Positions 26,228 to 38,022 of a stretch of 64,000 nucleotides of DNA are shown piece by piece. The first letter of the stretch is position 1. Every line of letters begins with the position of its first letter. The notes under the pieces are model-generated. The model made no database searches. It was not told the DNA's origin and saw only the letters and a program-made list of their open reading frames with translations. This stretch comes from Basidiobolus meristosporus CBS 931.73 (lineage: Eukaryota > Fungi > Basidiobolomycota), in NCBI GenBank assembly GCA_002104905.1, contig MCFE01000048.1, forward strand, positions 62,001-126,000, in the 5' to 3' direction. The position numbers were made by a program, and so were the translations under genes.

Positions 26228-27092
26228 AAATTCTAGTAAGCCAAGATAGTATCAAGCACTTTTGTGACAAGTTATAAGTTCCTGGAGCCAAATTCAGAGT
26301 ACCATGGGTGTTGACCACCACATGTATCACTTCAGCCTCTCTGTACTTTTGCACATTATGAACAGCATAAATCCCAAAAAAACATCAAAAAATTGTTATA
26401 CTCCAGCTTTGTACAAGAAACATAGTGCCTTGATGAGTCTGATTTATGGTGCTCTTACAAGTCACACAGCCTTACATACATATCAGAGAGTACATTAGTC
26501 ATTGCAGTTAAAAACCTGCTCAATATTGCATAGATTCCCCAGGTTTTGGCACAAACTGGCATGCTTGGGCTGTACTGCAAAAGTTGCAAATGGATTCATT
26601 TGTGTATAGTCTGCTCATCAAGTGCCCGTATTCTTGGCTCATTCTTGATTTTGGTACTGTGTTGCCATATATCTTCTTATATACACCCAGAGAGTATCAA
26701 GATAAGGTTGACCAAATACTGCCATAATATCAGCCAAGTTCCAAGTTTCTTAAAACTGATAGCCCTCAAAGCCTCCAATATCTGCTATTAGGTAATCAAG
26801 CAGATATGTTGACTAACTACCCACTACTTTCATCAAAATTGCAAGTGAATGTTAGAACAAAAAACTAGCCAAATACCCACCAAATATCATTAGAATACCA
26901 GCAGAATGCTAGCTGAAAGTCTGATGAATTCCAAGCCTGAGATTTTGAGAGGGATAACTGCTGGTATCTTAATGTCAAACTCATGTGCATCTTTCTACTC
27001 AAGCTTTTCCTTCTCAGTAGACTCTTTGAGGTATCCAGTTATGTAAGATTAATGAGTAGTGTGCAAATATCTATATAAAGGCCCATCATAGA

Positions 27093-27442
27093 TGTTGTAA
27101 AAATTTGGAATTCAACCTAAATATTCACCTAACTTAGTCACTTAGATCATTACCCTTAAATCCTAGAGAATACTGACCATATTCCTTGTTGGGATTTACT
27201 TAGAATATTTTCACCAAAATACCAGGTACCCAGAACATGAAAATTCTCAAAGTTGTCCAAACAGCCCCAAACTTTGCACACATGTTCTTGGGACCTTCCT
27301 TAACCTATTCTATGTGTTTATAAGGCCAAGACCAGGTAAAAGTATAAATACTACTTTTACATTCAATAAATCATTAAGTGAAAACCACATAATCTACTTG
27401 TCCTCCCAAATCACTTCTAATATCTCCAAGACTCTTACAACA
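27093..27442 (+). mobile_element. Solo Copia LTR (350 bp)
   Basis: TGTTG...CAACA; TSD ATAGA on both sides; same LTR as 10713-11061. Confidence 0.9.
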
Positions 27443-27692
27443 ATAGACACATGGGCCATACCTTAATCATTTGGCAAGCAATGGAAAAGATCCAAAAATT
27501 ATGTTTCCAGTCCAGACCACACTAATGGACATAGGGATGGGCCTTGCCTGTGTTGTACTAAACATGAGTTGGGACTTGTTATAGGGACTATAGTAATGGA
27601 TATGAATACCTATATAAAAGTATATTGGTATAAACCTGATCTTATATGAAATATGCACAGAAACCAATACAATTATTGAATATTCATGTATT

Positions 27693-28794
27693 AGACTTGT
27701 ACCATTGGATAATGCCACATTGAGCCATGAGCACCAAATAGTGTCAGTGCATGCCAGAAAGGTATAGCCAACCTAACCTTGGCCACAGAGTGTGAAATAT
27801 AGCACAGCATCCTCATGCAAAGCAACCCCTGTGTTTCTGTTGAAATATTGGACTATTTGGTATCATTCAGCAGCTAAAAATTTACTTAACAATTCTAGGC
27901 TAGTCTTAGTCACTGTAGGACTCATTTACTGCCTTAACTTTGCCACTTTCTCCAGATATATGATCTTATGATTATTCCCCTATAGTCAGGATCAAATTAG
28001 CACTATTACCAAACATTATGTACTAACTCTGAAACTGTTACAGAATGCTCCTGAATATTGAGAAACCCTTCCTACTTAGTGTTGCAGCTGTATTACATCT
28101 ACAAAGGTATAAATACTGAGCTTCTTTATGAATAAACAATAGTTCAACTATTATCACTATTTCTTGATAAGTTCCTTATATCCAAATCACTTCTTAAACT
28201 TGCAACAGTTTCACGCATCGCACTGGAGAACATTCATTTTTTGAGCATTTTTTTGATCAATGTTGTGTAGGATGTGTAAGAGCACAGAAGGACTGAAGTC
28301 ATGCATCTGGTACTCAATAGCCTTAGCACTTTGAATCTAGCTCCTGTGACTTGTATCATGACATCAAAATGCATGGCACTATCTTGGTCCACTGGTACTG
28401 TCTGACACTATATTTATATTAGCCCTAAAGTAAACCAACTTACGTACTACATTGCCAGATAGTACTAGTGAACCAAGATAGTGCCATGCATTTTGGTGAC
28501 ATGATACAAGTCACAGGAGCTAGATTCAAAGTGCCAAGGCTATTGAGTACCAGATGAATGTCTTCAGTCTTTCTGTGCTCTTACACATCCTACACAACAA
28601 ATGAACCAAAAAAAAGATCAAAAAATGAATTTTCTCCAGTACAAAGAGTGAAACACAAGGGCTGCTTTGAGTGAAGATGCAGAGCTATGTTTCATACTCT
28701 GCGGCCAAGAATAGGCTCACTTGGCCTCCCTGGCACACTACGGCATCATTTGGTACTCATGGCTCAATGTGGCACTATACAACAGAACAAGTCT
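27693..28794. mobile_element. Fold-back PHIS MITE carrying a solo LTR-G
   Basis: AGACTTGT...ACAAGTCT termini, TSD ATT/ATT. Confidence 0.85.
27838..28207. mobile_element. Solo LTR, family G (370 bp)
   Basis: TGTTG...CAACA, TSD GTTTC/GTTTC. Confidence 0.85.
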
Positions 28795-28908
28795 ATTATG
28801 CATGATATATCATAGATTGCATTAGCATATATCAGATCACATCATTTTTAGATTTTCAATTTGGTTATTCACTTGTCATTAATTCATCAATAAAATCAAT
28901 AAGTCATT

Positions 28909-29642
28909 AGACTTGTTCCGTTGGATAGTGCCACATTGAGCCATGAGTGCCAAATGATGCCATAGTGTGCCAGAGAGACCAAGTGAGCCTCTACCTGGCC
29001 ACAGAGTGTGAAACATAGCTCTGCATCTTCATGCAAAGTTGCCCCTGTGTTTCACCCATTGTGTTGGAGGAATTCCATTTTTTGACCTTTTTTTTGGGAT
29101 CAATGTTGTGCAGGATGTGTTAGAGCACAAGCAGATTGAAGATATGCATCTGGTACTCAATACCTATGGCACTCTGAATCTAGCTCCTGTAGCTTGTATC
29201 ATGTCACAAAAATGAATGGCACTATCTTGGTCCACTGGTACTATCTGGCACTATAAGTGCTTTGTATAGATCTTACTTTAGGGCTAATATTTAAATATAG
29301 TGCCAGATAGTACCAGTGGACCAAGATAGTGCCATTCATTTTTGTGACATGATACAAGCTACAGGAGCTAGATTCAGAGTGCCATGGGTATTGAGTACCA
29401 GATGCATATCTTCAGTTCTCCTGTGCTCTTACACATCCTGAGCTACAATGATCCACAAAAAAAGGTCAAAAAGTGGATTTTCTCCTGCGCAATGGGTGAA
29501 ACACAGGGGCTGTTTTACTTGAAGATGCAGAGCTATGTTTCACACTCTGTGGCCAAGTATAGGCTCACTTGACCTCTCTGGCACACTATGGCATCATTTG
29601 GCACTCATGGCCCAATGTGGCACTATCCAACGGAACAAGTCT
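28909..29642. mobile_element. Fold-back PHIS MITE
   Basis: AGACTTGTTCCGTTGG...CCAACGGAACAAGTCT; flanks ATT/AAT (one mismatch). Confidence 0.9.
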
Positions 29643-30715
29643 AATTTTCAAGAATGACTTTTGCAATATAAAGATGGGATGCATGGCTATTGATGGATAT
29701 TTTGTCATAGTGCATGGAGGACCAGATAACTTTGGCCATCAAACCAAATCAAGTCAGCTAATTCCAAGCTGACTTATCAATCATATTTTGGATTAATGAT
29801 TCCCATGATTGTTTCTCTTCAATTGCATCAAAAGAGCCCAATACCAAGTACTGTGGACCCTCTACCACAGTTCACTCTTGGGGATCTCATGTTAAGCTAC
29901 TCAGCTATATAAAGAAGTATGGGCTTACATGGCTCATACAGCCATCTATGGCATCCAAAGTTAAAGAGGCTTTGATTCCCATTTCACAGCACTGGAATAT
30001 TATCTTGCAGTGAGGATGAGTGACTTAGAGTATGCTTGCAATACTAGGTTCAGAGGCTCCAGTGAGCTGCCATACTCTGAAGTGTTCAGCAGCAAGTTCC
30101 ATATGAAGGGAATTATGGATACCTTCCAAAGAAAGATAAAAGACCTTCTAAAGGGCAGAGGCACTTATATTCTGATAAATACATGATGCAGTAAATGAAT
30201 TTTGAAGAATAATCTTACATTGAGTGTACAATCATCAGGTTTAGCGGGTCATTTGCTGGAAGTAGGAACTATGAGGTGGTGTGCAAGTCCAAGGGAGATA
30301 TACATGCTGCACTTTGTAGGTGTTTTATGCATGGGGGTTCAGTTGGTATGATAGCCTCTGTCAAAAGCTTGCTAGGATTACTTGGGTTTTGTCTGTACTC
30401 TAATTTGAAGGGAAAAAAGCTACAAGTTGGGGTAGACTATTAAGCTACAATCAACAACTTAGCTGGGATCTTAAGGAATTTGATAAGAATGCATCAGAGG
30501 GCTATAGCTACAAAGACAGAGAAGTATCTTTGCCCATGCAAGAGCAAGATTGGGAAAGAATCAAGTACAGTAAAGAATACTTATTCTGAGTATTCCTCAC
30601 AAATGGTGCCTCCAAGGTCAGTCAGCTGTTAACATAGCTTCTGCAGAAAGTATTCCATCACTACAATATCTCTAAACCAATTATGAGGGATGTTTCTGGT
30701 TATTGCTGCTACCAA

Positions 30716-31084
30716 TGTTTCAAGTCTTGGTATAAGAGTTGTAGAGGAATTGGGAGTTTAGCTAGTATTGTATTCACTAAAACTTGAACTGATCCTTATT
30801 GAGATTCCAGCAGCTCCTTATATACATTGTGCCAGATCAATTGCTGACTTATTGTATCTCCTAATGTAGGCTGTGGCTGATGACTCATTTGATTGCATCA
30901 TCAGCACCAAATAAGATCCTACCTAATATATCTATTTCTGTCTGATAAGGATCTGCTGATTAATTTGCTGACTAATGTTACTGATTTGATAGATAATACT
31001 GATATACTGATAACCTAAACAAATAACTTATTGATTTGACTAAAAACAGATCTAACTTAAACATTCAAGCGGCAGATCATAACA
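30716..31084 (-). mobile_element. Gypsy-C LTR without matching TSD
   Basis: Matches 38023-38390; flanks CCAA/TTAT differ, implying a rearrangement. Confidence 0.8.
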
Positions 31085-34000
31085 TTATTTCCATAGAAAC
31101 TTTAGTTGTACCTCCATTGCCAACTGTACTGACCTATACAAGTCCCTAAACCTTACACTAACATTAAGGCCAACCTTACACTCTACAAGTAACTCCATTG
31201 AAATCCACTCAATAAGTATTTCTGCTGTAACACTCTGGTTCCACAACTTTGGCAGGAACCCAACAGCTTTATGGCACTATTCATTCACTGGTTCCCACAC
31301 ATCCTGGCCTTTAGCCAGCACTGTAAGGTCTAGCACCTCATCTGCCAGTCTTTGCAACAAATACTTGTAATGTTGAAGTGCGTTTTCTTAAGCACTGCTC
31401 ATGAAGAAGTGCTGCAACCTATCAGTGCTCCTACTAATGTTCTAAAATTCCACCAAAGGCATTGTGATAATCTTTTGAGTTCTTGATGTTGTAGCCTTGT
31501 CTGTCAGTGGGATCCCCATTCTGTCAACATTGGAGGATGTGGAGGCTGTGGTAGACAAATTGCCTTTTTCTGCAAACTCATCTACCTTGCTGGAGTGTAG
31601 CTCCACTGGCTGCTCTTCCAACTTTTGTAAAGACAGCTGTTTTCTTATTGGTAGTTCTTCTTTGCTATGTAGGGATTTAGTCTGTTCTGGGCTTGCAGCA
31701 TTAATTGGCAATAGCTGCAGTCTTTTTGCATGCCCCCGGTCTCAGGCTTGGGTAGACATTTTTCCTTTACCCTTCCCTTTATTACTGCCAGGTCTTTCAC
31801 TGCTGCTTTGTCTTAGTGCTTCTTGTAATGAACTATGTTTTCTCCTTGATAGGTTCTGCTCTGACGCATCTGTTTTGACTTGCCTATCCCTCACTGGCGC
31901 TCTTCTGGCAACCTGAAGTTTCTTTTCCACTTGCTTCAAGCTCCTAACCATAGTTGTAATGGGCTGCTGTCAAAGTTGCCAGTGCTTATCACTACCAGGT
32001 CCTTGACTGCTACTTTGACCAAGTGCTTCTTGAGTGGTACTATGCTTTTCCTTGATAAATGCTCCACTGGTGCATCTGTATCTGCCTGCTTTTCCCTAAT
32101 TGGTACTCTTCTAGCTACATGATGTCTCCTTGACACTTGTCTGGAGCTTTTGACCCTGCTTTTAATGGGCTATTGAGGAAGCAGCTGGTCTTTAGCTATT
32201 GCACCCTTGTAAGTCTGCCTTTGATAGTTTCTGATATTCTTAAGATACGTTCTTTGCATTCCAACACTGGTCCAAAATCTGATTGCCCATTTGAATCTAA
32301 GATAATGCTCATGGAACAAGTCAGATGCAATCTGCTTAGCCTTGAGTTCCTGATGGTTCCATGGTATGCCAGCCTTAAGGTTATGGTGTGCTAGACTTCT
32401 GATGGCCTCTTGAATATTTGCCCACTTTTCATTATTGCACTCAACAGCTTCACAGTTCTTTAATGTCTTTAAATTTTTAGGCTTTAGTATAAACACCACA
32501 TTGTCTCATTACCATGCTGTAACAGGTTTTTCTGTGGGCTTTATCTTTGGGCACTGTTGTTGCGCTTTAGAGACTACACAGTGTTCCTCTGCTATGACAT
32601 TGGGAAATGGCTCAATTCCTGGCTGTGATATTGAGCTACTTGAGTTCCTTCTTTGCAGCAAAGATGCTGCTTTCTCTACCTGGGATATTGATTGCTCTAC
32701 ACATATTATCCACTCATCATGCTTCTGGACTCAATCCTGATTTCTCTTTGCCATTGCATCTATCCTATCAGCCACTGCACCTAATTGCTTCATAAATGCT
32801 TTGGTATGAGCCAACAATATACTTGCTAATATGGGTGGTGATGATGTTTTGATGGTCAATTGCAGGTCTTCAAGAGAGGGTACTGTGTTTGCTACATTCT
32901 CATCAGCCTGAGCATAATGGTCAGCTTGTGGCTCCACAGAAGTTATCATTTGCCCACTTGACTGAGAGCCCGAGGAGTGTGCATTATTACCTTCAGTGGG
33001 CACACTGTCCACAAGGCCTTTTTTGGATGTAGCCCTGCTTGCTGTACTAATTGTCAGAGCAAGCTGTAATCCAACCATTCTTCTGTGCCATCAGTGGTGA
33101 GGTTTGATTGGGGACCAGACAACTTTGCTTTATCTTTTGGCGGCATATATATGGTAGTGAGTCAAATCAACAGGGAAATAGTGTTACATATACATTGGTA
33201 TGTGGTGCCACTACTTTATGTATAATGCTTACTATGGTGGGTGATCACTGAATCTTACATTCATGCAGGTGCAGTGTCTCAAATACAAGACTGTCTTAAA
33301 ATCACATGAGTATTGACCAAAAAGTGGTATAATAGTGTTACATAGTTCAAGGCCAAATTGTTTGTCCCATGAAAAAGACTAATGTAACTCAACACCTTAA
33401 GAGAAGAGAAAAAAGACCATGCGGCTATTGTAGCAAGCTGCTCAGCCATGAACAACACAGACAGCATAGGAAGCATAACAATGATTATAGCCAGCGTTTT
33501 GCCAAACAAGTCATATTTGACCATTCATTGTCACTACTGTACTAGCAATATCTTGCCAGCCATTTGAGACTTCTATAATGGCACCTAGCTGTACTGCACA
33601 AACTGAGTCTGATGAACTTGTGATTCCTTAAGGCTCACCTGGCCTATTTAATATGCCACACAGAGTGATAGCTCTGAAGAAGAATGCATACTAATGGTAT
33701 AATTCAACCTGAGTCTGCCATTCATCTTATGGTGTCAGAGCAATAACCTGATGGTGGTCTTGCTGGTATCTGGGCCTAAATATCTGTCCAACCTGGATAG
33801 CTATCTGTATCCATTGTTGGATGAATTTTGTATGCTTTCCAGCAGGACAACAGTAATTGGCTGTCCTGCAAAAGGTCATATTATTATCTGCATTGGAGAT
33901 ACCCCAGCCGTCAGTAACATAGCAGGTATTTCCAGGCACAGTGTATGGTATTGCTGTTGCATATATGAGATCAAGGGGATTTACTCCATAACTTACACAC

Positions 34001-35876
34001 ATTATTATTACCCAAACACCAGCATTAAGAGCACCATCATTTCACAGAGAGTACATATGGTAGTGAGCATGCAATTGCAGCAAGGTTGGAAGCTATAAGC
34101 CATTGGCTGGAATATGGAATCAACTGGAAACCAGATATACTTAAGATAGAGGGTATCTGTTAGAGTAAAAGCTTTCCACTGGGAGCAATGCATTTGCTTT
34201 TCACCAATATCCCTATAGTGATGACCAAGTTGTACATTCAGCATTTAAGCTTAATGAGCTCTCTAAGACACTACAGTAATTTAAAAGAATTGGCAAGATA
34301 CCAGAGAAATATGAAAGAATTGGCAAGATATTACCAAGTATTGATTACCCTGAGTACTCCTCTCAGGCTCCAATCATTATTCATATACATATGTTACAAT
34401 ACAAATGCAAGGACTGGATGAGCCTGATTTGTACTTATTTTAGTGGTGTTCTGAAGCCATTCATACCAAGAGTACATCAGAGGCATTGGGAGTCATATGT
34501 GGACATTGTAGGAATATTTATCCAGATACAGATCACCAATGACCACTTGACACATCTACAGCTGTTGTGCAAGGAGTTTGTAAAAGGATTTGAGCACCTA
34601 TACTACAACCATAAAGCTTAACACTTAGATCTCTGCTGCTACTATATCCATTCTCCCTCCATCTTGCACAGTGTGTGGAGAATATTGGGTCTTGCTTCAC
34701 CTTTTGGGAGTTACCTATGGAGCGGGTGTGTGGGGAGATAGAAAGAGAAGTCAAGCTGCAGGTACTACCATATCTCAATCTCATCATGAATATTACTTTC
34801 AAGTGTGTCATGAATGTGATGAGTTGGCACATGGAGGGCAGCCAGAAAGAGTTGAAAAATACTGAGGACAAATGTACACATGGAGACACCTATGCCTTTG
34901 GCATTAAGAAGCTAAGTGGCCCCCGTACGTGGGTAATTAGTAAAGCAATGCAAAGTTGGGTTGGGTGCAACAAGCAACTATTTTTATTAGCAAAACTCTA
35001 CCAAGGTATTCCAGATTTCTCTTGGCCCCAAACCAACTTCTGCACAATTCAATACAGAATTTGCACACACAAGAGCCAGGGTGCATATATATGGGGGACT
35101 AGAATCCAGCAAGGAGAAGGAATACTTTGGTCAAGTATCAAGAAGTACTTTGTGAAGATTCAGGAGGTATTCATGCAGAAGTGGCCACAACCAAGCATAT
35201 GTTTGCATGATGTATATGCTACTGGCAATACAAGGTATATGGTAACTTTGCAAGTATCACACCAGAAAGCCATAAGGTTGAGGTGATAGAAATATGTAAA
35301 TTGAGGCAGGTGTACATGCTTGTAGAGGTTAGTTAGCAGGAGGCCATAGTTTTTTCTATTCAAACTATATGTGGAATACCAAAGGTAGTAGTGGGCAAGC
35401 AAGTAGAGAAGGGTGACTATACAGTGGAATACATGAATTGCACAAGTGGATGTAGAAAAAGGAAATACCATTTGGTAAAATGGTACAGTTGCAAAATACT
35501 GAACCAGCTGTAGACCACCATACTGCCAATATAATGCCATTAGAGTCTTGTTCAGAGTTTGTTAAAGTACCATCAAATTTCTTGCCATATAAGGCAAGCA
35601 GATATTCTGGTTAGTTGGATCCATTTTCAATAGTTGTAGAGCACAATAAGACCACAACAATACCATGCAATTGTTGTCCAAGCACCAATCAACACCTGTC
35701 AGCTTTTATCACTTTATTTGGTAGTAAAATTAGCAAACTGCCGTCATGATCCTGTCATAAGATTGCTAAGAGGGTCACTATATCCAAGCTGCTGGTAATT
35801 TGATAGTCTCTTAGCAGGATCCTGACAGCTGATCTGGATTAGTTCCATCTGCAAGACCAAATTATTTGTGATAGGG
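31085..35876 (+). mobile_element. CACTA copy C2, left end missing
   Basis: Collinear with 1085-8441; right TIR ...AATTATTTGTGATAGGG followed by TAT; lacks the MITE and LTR-F of C1. Confidence 0.85.
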
Positions 35877-36354
35877 TATAAGTATTTCAAACTGCCAATA
35901 GACTATTTTAGTGTTAGCATACTTGAAGCTGTTGTACACTATTGACTAGCCTCTACATTGTAGGACAAGTTCCAAACTAATTATAATAGAGCACAACACT
36001 TCCAGGCACTGTCCTGTGATGTGAGATGGGAGGTTCAGGTGGCAGTAAGTAACAATGGTCTTACCAATCAACATATTGGAATTTTGATAAAAGGAAGTTG
36101 ATTGATTGTTGAAGAGTATCCTTCTGATGTACTTTTCTAATTGGCTAAGTCATTACTACTTATGGTGCCCAGAAGGTTCTGGAGTTCTATAGAAATCTTA
36201 ATGACATCAGAATCTGCTAAGGATCCTCTAAGTAGATGACACAAGGCTATAAGTGGCACAGCACACCCAACAAATCATGGATTAGTATTCCAAAACCTTC
36301 CTAACATAGAAATATCACTTACAGGATAGAAATTTTAGGGATGCTCAAGCATAT

Positions 36355-36815
36355 GAAAGTATAGCAAATGCAGTACCACTGGTAGAAAGCAGACAAATAT
36401 CTGTCATAAAATCACCCCCAGCAGAATTAACAAGTCTGCTCTCAGCTCATACTAAAGTTTTGTTCAGACCACTAGGCCCAGTGGCTAATTTGCTAGATGT
36501 AATAGCCCAGATTAATCAGAATATAGTCCAGAAACAGGAACAGCAGATAATATGTATAGAGTAATCAGTAGGTCAGGTAGGAAGCTCAGTATCTAGTGTG
36601 CAAAGGAGCTCAGCTAGCTCAATATCACAGCCAAGAGTTGAATCATTGTTCAATATAACAGCAGAAGAGCACCATGTAGCCTATGAAGCACCACATCAGT
36701 GCCAAAAGATAAAGCCCACAGAAAAGCTTATTACAACATGGGATGGAAAGACTGCAATCTTTAGACCAAAGTCTAGAAGTCAAAAGAAAATCAAGAACTG
36801 TGGACCTATTATCAA
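36355..36815 (+). pseudogene. CACTA accessory ORF fragment
   Basis: YEAPHQCQKIKPTEKL matches FEAQQCPKIKPTEKP of 3649-4035. Confidence 0.7.
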
Positions 36816-37568
36816 CTATCTGGTACTATAAGCGCTTGAGGAAGGTCTTACTTTAGGGCTAATATTGACATATAGTGCCAGATAGTACCGGTGGACCATG
36901 ATAGTGCCATACATTTTTGTGCCAAATTACAAGCCTCTGGCACTGGATTCAGAGTGCTTTGGGTAACGTATACCAAATACATCCCTTCAGTCCTTCTTTG
37001 CTCTTACACACCTTGCACAACACTAATCCAAACAAAAAGTCAAATATGGATTTTCTCCAGCACAAACCCTATGAGAAATGAATTGGTCCCACAGGTGGAT
37101 CCAATCTAGATCAGCCATCAAGATCCTGTCAGGAGACAACAATAATACCAGCAGCCTGGACTTAATGTCTACCTATACAACCTTGTGACAGAATCACAAT
37201 GGTGTTTTGCTAATTTTACAGCCAAATAAAGCTCATAAAATATGATAGTGTTTGTATGGTACTTTGCCAAAGGTGGCAGGGTATTGTTATGGTCTTAATG
37301 TGCTTTATAACTTTTTGAGTGGACCTAAATAGCCAGTAAATCCAATTGCCTCTGAAGGCAAAAAGCCTGAACATATTTTGCCAACCTCTTTGCAAGCCTT
37401 TGATGGCATTATCATGGCATTATGGCAGCCTACAGCTAGTTCTGTACAATGCTACTGTACCAATTTACCAAATGATAGTTCCTTTTACTACCTCCCCTTT
37501 TACAATTCATGTATTCCACTGTAGCATTTCCCCTCTTTCTTTGCTTATCCACTACTAACTTGGGTAAT

Positions 37569-37759
37569 AGACTTGTTCCATCATTCCGGCTGATCATAGT
37601 GCTCAATAGTGCCATAGCATGCCAGATGGTGCCTGATCATGCCACAGAGTGCCAATTTGGGATCAAAATTGACATGCATATGACCCTAAAATATCAAATT
37701 AATACCAAAATATACAGCACTTTATTGCACCATGATCAATGGCAAAATGGAACAAATAT
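37569..37759. mobile_element. Small (191 bp) PHIS-related MITE
   Basis: AGACTTGTTCCA...TGGAACAAATAT; flanks AAT/ATT; the flanks join to the CACTA consensus GGGTATTCCACATATAG. Confidence 0.65.
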
Positions 37760-38022
37760 ATTCTGCATATAGTTTGAATTAAAAGATACTATGACCTCCT
37801 GCCTACTAACCTTTACTAATGCCCATGCTTGCCACAATTGACATACTTCTATCACCTCAACTTTACTGCTTTTTAGTATGATGCTTTCAAAGTTGCCATA
37901 TAACTTTTTTAGAAGGTAACATTTATATCTTGCAAACATAGTCCTGGATGCCACCACTTCTGCTGTGCATACATCCTAAATAGCCACTAAGAACTTTTTG
38001 ATATTAGCCAATATATTGCTTC

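Larger units (their letters stand above)
26500..30271 (+). mobile_element. Old degenerate PHIS autonomous-type copy P3 hosting a Copia LTR and two MITEs
   Basis: Segments between the insertions align with 21100-22650; transposase remnant 29643-30265. Left boundary approximate. Confidence 0.65.
30642..35998. mobile_element. Second LTR-F copy, split (30642-30715 and 35877-35998)
   Basis: AAGTATTCCATCACTACAATATCTCTAAACCAA matches 1841-1873; 35877-35998 matches 2880-2997; CTTC on both outer flanks. Confidence 0.6.
30272..36330 (-). mobile_element. Old Gypsy-A LTR split in two (30272-30641 and ~35999-36330) by nested insertions
   Basis: Both pieces align consecutively to LTR 20013-21083; right end approximate. 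Confidence 0.65.

Noticed and set aside
23118-28208. The ~370-bp repeat read as a MITE with CTGTTG TIRs and a 3-bp TSD
   Set aside because: Shifting the boundaries by one base gives TGTTG...CAACA with perfect 5-bp TSDs (GATAT, GTTTC) in both copies, which fits a solo LTR better.
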